A stretch of 32,000 nt of DNA from positions 480,001 through 512,000 of the forward strand of contig JAJRVL010000004.1 of NCBI GenBank assembly GCA_024277355.1, in the 5' to 3' direction. Shown here piece by piece: positions 25,787 through 32,000 of the stretch. The position numbers and the translations under genes were made by a program. The notes beneath the pieces were generated by a model. The model was not told where the DNA came from, did not search any database, and saw nothing but the letters and a program-made list of their open reading frames with translations. Source of the DNA: an archaeon (GTDB lineage Archaea; Iainarchaeota; Iainarchaeia; Iainarchaeales; 1-14-0-10-31-34). Position 1 is the first letter of the stretch. Each line of letters opens with the position of its first letter.

Positions 25787-25901
25787 AAAAAAGCAGTTAA
25801 AAAAAATGAATTAATTCAAACTACTGTTAAAAAAAAAGAAAAAATGAATTAATTAAAATACTAATAATAAAATAAAAAATTAATTTGAATAATTAATTAG
25901 T

Positions 25902-26474
25902 TTATTCAGATTTTTCTTCTGTTGGTTTTTCTTTTGTTTCTTCTTTAACTTCTTTTTTTGATTTTACTGCAATAGCTTGTTTTCTGTTTTCTTCTAAAGC
26001 AGATTCAGAAACTCTCTGCATTACTTTATATGAAATCCATCCAGTTAAACCTGAAAAAATAAAAACCAAAAAAGCGTCATTTCGCAATACACTCCAAAAA
26101 TCAAATAAATCTCCTGGATTAATTATTCTGCCTTGAGAAGCAGCAAGAGAAGCAAGATTAGAAAAATACCAGTATAACTGGACATAAAAAGCCATAAAAG
26201 ATAAAACAACAAAAAGCAAAGGAAAAAAAACTGAATAACCAAAATCAGACTTAAAATAATCATTAATCCAGTCAATTAAAAAATAAATAAAGAAAAAACC
26301 AACAAAAGGCATTAAGAAAAAAGTGTAATCCAGCATACTTGGATTTAAAGTAAAACCCCATTCATGCAAAGCCATTTCAGGACTTAAAGCTTTAGTTATT
26401 GCAGGCAAAAAATACAATAAAATATAAGAAACTGCAAATAATACAATTAATTTTATTGTGTCTCTTAAATTCAT
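25902..26474 (-). CDS. integral membrane protein (4 to 5 TM) with K/E-rich C-terminal tail, function unknown
   Basis: The hydrophobic segments are rich in F/Y/W, and the tail reads KSKKEVKEETKEKPTEEKSE. No family recognised. Confidence 0.5.
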   Translation of the reverse strand: MNLRDTIKLIVLFAVSYILLYFLPAITKALSPEMALHEWGFTLNPSMLDYTFFLMPFVGFFFIYFLIDWINDYFKSDFGYSVFFPLLFVVLSFMAFYVQLYWYFSNLASLAASQGRIINPGDLFDFWSVLRNDAFLVFIFSGLTGWISYKVMQRVSESALEENRKQAIAVKSKKEVKEETKEKPTEEKSE

Positions 26475-26553
26475 TTAACTCACTTTATTAGATTATTAAA
26501 AAATCTTTGTTCACAATTAATTTAAAACAATTGCTTTTCAGAAAGTTTTGTAT

Positions 26554-27519
26554 ATGACTGAAAATGGATTACCTTGGGTAGAAAAATACAGGCCAAAAAA
26601 ATTAAGTGAAGTTGCAGGACAAGAAGAAATAACCAAAAGACTTAAGTCTTATGTTCAAAACAAGTCTTTGCCTAACTTAATGTTTTCCGGCCCTGCAGGA
26701 ATTGGAAAAACAAGTTCTTCTGTTGCTTTAGCAAAAGAATTATACTTAGAAGGATTTGAAAGAAATTTCTTGGAATTAAATGCATCAGACGAAAGAGGAA
26801 TTGATGTAGTTAGAAAAACCATCAAAGACTTTGCAAGAACAATGGCTTTTGATGCAGACTTTAAAATAATTTTCTTAGATGAAGCAGATGCATTAACTGC
26901 TGACGCACAACAGGCTTTAAGGAGAACAATGGAAAGATTTACTAAAACATGCAGATTTGTTTTATCCTGTAATTATTCTTCAAGAATAATCGAACCATTA
27001 CAATCAAGATGTGTTATTTTCAGGTTCAGACCTCTTGACCCAAAAGACATTGAAAACAAATTAAAAGAAATAGCAAAAAACGAAAGTTTAGATTTAAACA
27101 ATGACGCATTAAAAGCAATAAATTATGTTTCCCAAGGAGACCTAAGAAAAGCAATAAACATACTGCAGGCAAGTTCTTCAATTGAAAAAAATATTAAAGA
27201 AGCAACAATATATTCAGTTAGTTCAAAAGCCAAGCCTGAAGAAATAAAGCAGTTAATTAATCTTTCATTAGACAAAAAATTTCTTGAAGCAAGAGAAAAA
27301 CTAGATGTATTATTATATGAATTTGGAATGAGCGGAGAAGACGTCATACTACAATTATACAGAGAATTAATTGCCATGCCAGACACAGAAATAACAGGAA
27401 AAACAAAAATTGACTTAATAGAAAAAATTGGCGAAACTAATTTCAGAATTGTAGAAGGCGCAAACGAAAGAATTCAATTAGAAGCATTAATTGCACAATT
27501 CATGAAATACAAAAAATAA
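26554..27519 (+). CDS. rfcS: replication factor C small subunit
   Basis: LPWVEKYRPKKLSEVAGQEE (RFC box II), GPAGIGKT (Walker A), ELNASDERGIDVVR, IIFLDEADALT (Walker B), ALRRTMERF, CNYSSRIIEPLQSRC (SRC motif). The tracked start at 26548 is TTG, and the ATG at 26554 gives MTENGLPW. Confidence 0.9.
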   Translation: MTENGLPWVEKYRPKKLSEVAGQEEITKRLKSYVQNKSLPNLMFSGPAGIGKTSSSVALAKELYLEGFERNFLELNASDERGIDVVRKTIKDFARTMAFDADFKIIFLDEADALTADAQQALRRTMERFTKTCRFVLSCNYSSRIIEPLQSRCVIFRFRPLDPKDIENKLKEIAKNESLDLNNDALKAINYVSQGDLRKAINILQASSSIEKNIKEATIYSVSSKAKPEEIKQLINLSLDKKFLEAREKLDVLLYEFGMSGEDVILQLYRELIAMPDTEITGKTKIDLIEKIGETNFRIVEGANERIQLEALIAQFMKYKK

Positions 27520-27606
27520 GTTTAGACAGTACGGCTTTACGCCGTACGTTTTGGCAACTTGCCTTTTCTTAAAAGGCAGTTTATGAAATACAAAAAATAA
27601 AGTTTA
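27502..27606. repeat. direct duplication of the rfcS 3' terminus flanking a 58-bp insert with two G+C-rich hairpins
   Basis: ATGAAATACAAAAAATAAGTTTA (27502..27524; last five codons, stop and 5 nt) recurs as ATGAAATACAAAAAATAAAGTTTA (27583..27606; one extra A). Between the copies are two hairpins: GTACGGC (27529..27535) pairing with GCCGTAC (27541..27547), and GCCTTTT (27561..27567) pairing with AAAAGGC (27571..27577). Confidence 0.6.
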
Positions 27607-27677
27607 AACAACAAGACATAATTGTTTTTTATGCTTTCAAAAAAATTAAATAATGTTATTACTATATACTTAATGAA

Positions 27678-28142
27678 ATGAATTTTATTTCAGCTTTATT
27701 AAGTCTGTTTATTCCTGGTTCAGGGCAAGTTTTACACAGAGAACACGAACAAGGACTAATTATTTTTGGTTTATGGATTTTATGGCTTTTTTTATCAAAA
27801 TATTTTTTTGAATTAGACTTAATTTTTGTTTTTATTGGATGGAGTTTTTTTTCAGTTTACAGTTCATTTGATGCATTAATTTTTAATTCAAAAAAAATAA
27901 AAAGAGAAGACTCTCAGCTAAAAGAATTTGATGAAATGAGAAACCAAAAAGAAAAAGAAGAAGAATATGAATTAAAAGCAACAAAAATTCTTTTAGAAAA
28001 AGAATTAAATTCAAAATATGACAGCTTTCAGATTCTTGAAATAAAAAAAGACAAAGGCGAAATAAAAGTTAAAGCAGTAATTCAGGGAAAATTTGTTGAA
28101 TTAAATGTTTCAAAAAACGGCGAAATAATAAGCATGAAATAA
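27678..28142 (+). CDS. small membrane protein (2 to 3 TM) with K/E-rich linker and C-terminal beta-rich domain
   Basis: LSLFIPGSGQVL plus two further hydrophobic helices, then EMRNQKEKEEEYELK, then FQILEIKKDKGEIKVKAVIQGKFVELNVSKNGEIISMK. The C-terminal module resembles that of the 9336..10652 protein. Confidence 0.5.
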   Translation: MNFISALLSLFIPGSGQVLHREHEQGLIIFGLWILWLFLSKYFFELDLIFVFIGWSFFSVYSSFDALIFNSKKIKREDSQLKEFDEMRNQKEKEEEYELKATKILLEKELNSKYDSFQILEIKKDKGEIKVKAVIQGKFVELNVSKNGEIISMK

Positions 28143-29366
28143 CTAAAAATAATCTGAAATCTTTTTTTGTTTTAAGTCATTTAAAACTTTTGATTCATTT
28201 AAGTAAAGTTTTAATTCAACTGTTAACTTTGAAGATAAAAATTTTAAAGCTAAATCCAAATCAAAAAACCTCAAAGGTTTTTGTTTTAATGCATTCCGCA
28301 TTGTTTCACGAATCACCCATACGCCTAATGGTTGATCATATGATTTTCCAATTTCTCTGAAAACAATTACTTTAGCTTGTCGTTTTTTTTCAGATAGAAA
28401 TTCACAGACTGCTAATCTTGCAGCATAATAAGCACCAGAAACATCTGAAGCATAATTTTTTCTTCCCTTAAACAATTCAGAGTCAGCCATAATTTTTGTT
28501 TCTCCCTGCATCCAAACAGATTCAGGTTTCCAGGCTTCAAGCTGTTCAAAACTCCAGTAACCAGGAATAAACAGAATAAAAAAATGGTTATCTAAAAAAC
28601 TTGATTCAAATAACTGAATTACATCAGTTTCCCTGAAATACTTTATTTTTTCAATTAAGTTTTTTGAAATAGTGTCATCAACTGCAGTAATACTCCAACG
28701 AGTAGGAACTAATTTTCTTTTTTTCTTTAATCCAAGTAAACCAGCAGACAAAATTTTCTGCAAAGAATTAACTGAAATATCAGAAGAATACAATTCATTT
28801 AATCCTTGAGTTGAAATTAAATCAGTATCAGAAGTAATATAATCAACTTTTTTTGGAATTTTAGGGTTTTCATTTAAAGAAAATTTTTTTAATTCTCCTT
28901 TTGGCCCTGAAGGCAAAGCTAATGCATCAAAAGAAATTTTTTGAAAAGAAATTTTATTTAATTCAACTGAAACATCTAATGATTTAGAAGACATCACGCT
29001 TTCCTGAATCAAAGAAAGTTCTCTTGAAGGACTTAAAGCAGAAAAAACATTAATTTTTCTTCTTGACTGAATCAAAGACTCTCGCATTGAAATTATTTTT
29101 TCTGAATCAAAACCAAACCATTTTTCAGGTTCATCAAAAACTTCAATTCCTTTAATAAAAGAAGAAGAAGATACAGGCGCTATTTCAACTTTAGGATAAG
29201 AATTCCATGAAACAAATAATCCAGGCGGAGAAATTCCATTAAATGATTTTTCTTTTATGCTTAAAAGAGTTTTTGTTTTTCGGTTATAACTTTTAAGGAT
29301 TTTACAAGGCATTCCGCATAATAATCTGCCTTTGCATTTAATGCATTCAATTCCGTTTACTTTCAT
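28143..29366 (-). CDS. nreA: NreA-like archaeal DNA repair protein (Nre_N/Nre_C, DUF650/DUF651 type) with C-terminal PIP box
   Basis: The N-terminal Cys cluster CIKCKGRLLCGMPCKIL is typical of Nre proteins, and the ~400 aa size fits. The extreme C-terminus QKKISDYF is a canonical PIP box (28146..28169). The family assignment is from memory of the motif, not from a search. Confidence 0.65.
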   Translation of the reverse strand: MKVNGIECIKCKGRLLCGMPCKILKSYNRKTKTLLSIKEKSFNGISPPGLFVSWNSYPKVEIAPVSSSSFIKGIEVFDEPEKWFGFDSEKIISMRESLIQSRRKINVFSALSPSRELSLIQESVMSSKSLDVSVELNKISFQKISFDALALPSGPKGELKKFSLNENPKIPKKVDYITSDTDLISTQGLNELYSSDISVNSLQKILSAGLLGLKKKRKLVPTRWSITAVDDTISKNLIEKIKYFRETDVIQLFESSFLDNHFFILFIPGYWSFEQLEAWKPESVWMQGETKIMADSELFKGRKNYASDVSGAYYAARLAVCEFLSEKKRQAKVIVFREIGKSYDQPLGVWVIRETMRNALKQKPLRFFDLDLALKFLSSKLTVELKLYLNESKVLNDLKQKKISDYF

Positions 29367-29464
29367 AATAAAAAAAAAGGAATTTTATGCTTTTAAAGCA
29401 TTAATAGAGTAAAATTCCGGTGATAAAACAACAATTAAAATAAGATTTTTTCATTAAAGTCTTT

Positions 29465-30103
29465 ATGGCAAAAAAAGCAGTAATTGTATGCAATGGAAGT
29501 GTTAACACAAAATTTCTTTATTCTTTTATTTCAGAAAACGATTTTTTAATTGCAGCTGACGGCGGAGCAAACAAATTAATGAAAACAAAATTTATTCCTG
29601 ATTTAATTATAGGAGACATGGATTCAATTACAAAAAATGCATTAAAAAAATACAGAAAAACAAAAATGATTAAGTTTCCAAAAGAAAAAGATAAAATTGA
29701 CTTAGAATTAGCAATAGATTATTGTGTTGAAAAAAAATTTAAGGAAATAATTATTTTAGGAGCAATAGGAACAAGAGCAGATATGACTTTAACAAACATT
29801 TTTTTATTGACTCAAATCCCAAAAAATATTAATGCAAAAATAATTCATGAAAATCAGGAAATTTATTTAATTCATAAAAAAAAGTTTTCAGTTAAAGGAA
29901 TTCCAGGAGAAAAAATTTCTTTATTTGGAATTAAAGGAAAAATAAAGGGTTTAACATTAAAAGGATTCAAATATGAATTAAAAAATTACAATTTAAGGTT
30001 TGGTTTAGGAATTGGATTAAGTAATGAGTTTAAAAACAAAAAAGCGTTAATTACGTCAAAAGACGGATTAATGCTTTGCGTGCATTTCCGAAAATGGTTT
30101 TGA
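29465..30103 (+). CDS. thiN: thiamine pyrophosphokinase (thiamine diphosphokinase)
   Basis: AADGGANKL, PDLIIGDMDSI, PKEKDKIDLELAI and LGAIGTRADMTLTNIFLL match the TPK catalytic-domain motifs (DGG, GDxDS, KDxTD, GxxGxRxDH). The C-terminal beta-domain is of the right size. Confidence 0.75.
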   Translation: MAKKAVIVCNGSVNTKFLYSFISENDFLIAADGGANKLMKTKFIPDLIIGDMDSITKNALKKYRKTKMIKFPKEKDKIDLELAIDYCVEKKFKEIIILGAIGTRADMTLTNIFLLTQIPKNINAKIIHENQEIYLIHKKKFSVKGIPGEKISLFGIKGKIKGLTLKGFKYELKNYNLRFGLGIGLSNEFKNKKALITSKDGLMLCVHFRKWF

Positions 30104-30142
30104 ATTTAAATCTTTTAGCCCTGATTTCTTTGAGGGGATTAA

Positions 30143-31159
30143 ATGAAAAAAGTTTTTTTTAGTTTATTAATTTTAATTTTATTTTTTGGATGCATTCAGG
30201 AAACTGAAGAACAAAAAGAAAAAACTCTTGTAATTTATACTTATGATTCAATGGTTTCAGAATACGGGTTAGGCGTAAAAGTAATTCCAAAATTTGAAGA
30301 AAAATGCAATTGTAAAGTAAAATTAATTTCAAAAGGTGATGCAGGCCAAGTTTTAACTGCATTAGTTTTAGAAAAAGATAATCCAAAAGCAGACGTAGTA
30401 ATTGGAATAGATAATAGTTTGTTTCCAAAAGCAATAGAAAACAATGTATTAGAAAAATTTATTCCAAATAATATGGATTTAATTCCAAAAGACATCAGGT
30501 TTTACAAGCAAGGATATCTTACTCCTTATGATTATGGGTTTATTGCTTTTGTTTATGACACAAAAAAAATTGATGTTAAATTAAACAGTTTTAATTCATT
30601 GTTAAATAAAAGTTTAAAGAAAAAAATTGTAATAGAAAATCCAAGAACTTCTTCTCCGGGATTAGCTTTATTATTATGGAGTATTAGTGTTTACGGAGAT
30701 CCTGGTTACAAAAAATTCTGGGAAGAATTAAAACCAAATATTTTAATTGTAACTAATGGGTGGGATGAAGCAGCAGGATTATTTAGTGCAGGAGAAGCTC
30801 CAATTTACTTAAGTTATGCAACTTCTCCTGCTTATTATGCTGAATTTGAAGGAATAAATCATTTTATTGCAGGAGAATTCAAAGAAGGACATTATATTCA
30901 AATTGAAGGAACAGGAATAGTTAAAGGCACAAAAAACAGGGTTTTAGCAGAGGAATTCATTGAATTTTCTTTAACAAAAGAATTCCAAAAAGAAATTCCT
31001 TTTACTCAGTTTATGTTTCCTGTAAATAAAGAAGTGGAACTGCCTTCAGCATTTGATTATGCAGTTCATCCAGAAAAAAAAATTGAGTTAGATCCAGAGT
31101 TAATTGAACAAAAACAAGAGGAATGGATTTCTGAATGGGAAAAAATAATTACATCTTAA
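30143..31159 (+). CDS. thiB: thiamine ABC transporter substrate-binding lipoprotein (TbpA/ThiB)
   Basis: Lipobox-like LFFGC. It is collinear with E. coli TbpA as I recall it: LVIYTYDS, CNCKVKL, KADVVIGIDN, PYDYGFIAFVYD, NPRTSSPGLALLLW, GWDEAAGLF, LSYATSPAYY, EGHYIQIEG, EWISEW. A strong SD-like GAGGGG sits just upstream. Confidence 0.9.
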   Translation: MKKVFFSLLILILFFGCIQETEEQKEKTLVIYTYDSMVSEYGLGVKVIPKFEEKCNCKVKLISKGDAGQVLTALVLEKDNPKADVVIGIDNSLFPKAIENNVLEKFIPNNMDLIPKDIRFYKQGYLTPYDYGFIAFVYDTKKIDVKLNSFNSLLNKSLKKKIVIENPRTSSPGLALLLWSISVYGDPGYKKFWEELKPNILIVTNGWDEAAGLFSAGEAPIYLSYATSPAYYAEFEGINHFIAGEFKEGHYIQIEGTGIVKGTKNRVLAEEFIEFSLTKEFQKEIPFTQFMFPVNKEVELPSAFDYAVHPEKKIELDPELIEQKQEEWISEWEKIITS

Positions 31160-32000
31160 CTGCAAAAACATTTTTTTTATTGTTTTTTTTTGTTTTCTTT
31201 TTTTATCCTTTAATTTTAGTTTTAATTAAAGCATTTACAAAAACAAGTGTTTCTTTTATTGATGTTTTAGTTTCAAACAAAAAATTAATCTGGAATTCTT
31301 TTTTTCAGGCATCAGTTTCAACTGTATTCAGTTTGTTGATTGGAATTCCTGCAGCATTTATTTTAGCTAAAAGAAATTTTTTCGGGAAAAAATTTGTTAA
31401 AGCCGTTTCATTGATTCCTTTTGTTTTTCCTTCAATTTTAGTTGTGATTTCTTTTGTAATAATTTTTGGAAATAACGGCTGGATAAATTATTTTTTAAAA
31501 AACTTTTTTGGTTTTGAAAGCCATGTGCAGTTTTTGTATGGTTTTAGCGGAATAATTCTTGCTCATGTATTTTATAATTTTCCAATTGTAATGAGATTTG
31601 TTTCTGATTCATGGGAAAATTTAGATGTAAAAATGAAAGAAACAGCTAAAACTTTAGGTGCAGGAAAAAAACAGGTTTTCTTTAATATTACTTTAAAGCA
31701 ATTAATGCCTTCAATTCTTGCTTCAGCTTTATTAGTGTTTATTTTTTGTTTTATGAGTTTTGCAATAGTTATTTCTTTAGGAGGAATACAGTTTTCAACT
31801 TTAGAAGTTGAAATTTACAGGCAGATTACAAGAAACCTTAATTTTGGAACAGCTTCAATTCTTGCATTATTTCAATTTATTTTTTTGTCTTTAATTGGAT
31901 TAATTTATTTTCATTATTCAAAAAAATATTCAATAAAAGAAAAAGGAATAAAAGAAAAACCAAAAAATATTTCATTAAATTCAGTTAAAGGAATTATTGA
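31135..32000 (+). CDS. thiP: thiamine ABC transporter permease (ThiP), 3' end outside window; not in ORF track
   Basis: Frame 1 is open from the ATG at 31135 (preceded by an in-frame TGA) to the window end. The translation MGKNNYILTAKTFFLLFFF...SFFQASVSTVFSLLIGIPAAFILAKRNFFGKK...GIILAHVFYNFPIVMRF...CFMSFAIVISLGG...LEVEIYRQI parallels E. coli ThiP (GILLAHVFFNMPMATRL, CFASFATVLSLGG, IELAIYQAL). It overlaps thiB by 25 nt. Confidence 0.85.
   Translation, partial: MGKNNYILTAKTFFLLFFFVFFFYPLILVLIKAFTKTSVSFIDVLVSNKKLIWNSFFQASVSTVFSLLIGIPAAFILAKRNFFGKKFVKAVSLIPFVFPSILVVISFVIIFGNNGWINYFLKNFFGFESHVQFLYGFSGIILAHVFYNFPIVMRFVSDSWENLDVKMKETAKTLGAGKKQVFFNITLKQLMPSILASALLVFIFCFMSFAIVISLGGIQFSTLEVEIYRQITRNLNFGTASILALFQFIFLSLIGLIYFHYSKKYSIKEKGIKEKPKNISLNSVKGII

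Noticed and set aside
25793-25901. Tandem A/T-rich repeats between convergent genes. AAAAAATGAATTAATT occurs at 25801..25816 and 25839..25854, with a third TGAATAATTAATT near 25886. I considered a mini-array or CRISPR-like structure.
   Set aside because: There are only two to three short, degenerate, very low-complexity copies with no unique spacers and no adjacent cas genes. This fits local slippage in a terminator-rich AT tract.
27583-27600. Mini-ORF MKYKK-stop in the second copy of the rfcS terminus.
   Set aside because: It is simply the duplicated last five codons of rfcS. There is no independent start context and the product would be too short to be credible.
29367-29464. A TPP riboswitch upstream of thiN, and also upstream of thiB (30104..30142).
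   Set aside because: The conserved TPP aptamer core sequences are not visible, and the leaders are too short (98 and 39 nt) and too AT-rich. The CCCT...AGGG pairing before thiB overlaps what looks like a GAGGGG ribosome-binding site.
1-32000. Mobile elements, integrases, toxin-antitoxin pairs, restriction-modification or other defence islands, inteins, and recoded stop codons.
   Set aside because: No transposase, integrase, RT, Cas or methylase motifs were seen in any frame. The lone PIN protein has no adjacent antitoxin-sized partner. The replication proteins have normal lengths with no intein-sized insertions. All confident genes end at standard stops.

Overview
This is a very AT-rich, gene-dense archaeal chromosomal segment. 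The gene content includes RFC large and small subunits, Orc1/Cdc6, Cdc48/VAT, archaeal-type PheRS alpha/beta, type IA topoisomerase, NreA and Lrp/AsnC regulators. Many proteins are K/E/N-rich, convergent stop codons abut or overlap, and TATA-like boxes end about 23 nt before start codons. Together these fit a small-genome, DPANN-like archaeon, but taxonomy cannot be proven from the window alone.

I call 34 protein-coding genes. Two are cut by the window edges and were missed or truncated in the ORF track: 2..919 and thiP 31135..32000. One 56-aa pilin-like gene (13442..13612) is too short for the track. Several tracked starts are revised to conserved internal ATGs or confirmed as TTG. I found no rRNA, tRNA, CRISPR array, transposase, integrase or recognisable defence gene.

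Most of the window is housekeeping: replication and repair, translation, proteostasis, and a thiamine salvage operon (thiN-thiB-thiP). The parts worth a second look are:
- A six-gene cluster of class III signal-peptide (type IV pilin-like) proteins at 11.4-13.6 kb. It is bracketed by a membrane-tethered ArsR-type wHTH regulator and a site-2 (M50) intramembrane protease, which suggests a regulated intramembrane proteolysis switch.
- A tightly coupled operon of an Lrp-like regulator, a stand-alone NFACT-R (DUF814) protein and a degenerate HD-domain protein.
- Three G+C-rich hairpin cassettes at gene 3' ends. Two are flanked by direct repeats that duplicate the gene terminus.
- A tandem ATP-cone protein with an unrecognised C-terminal body.
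- Two membrane proteins that share a small C-terminal domain.

All functional calls come from motifs I could read in the translations. No database search was run.
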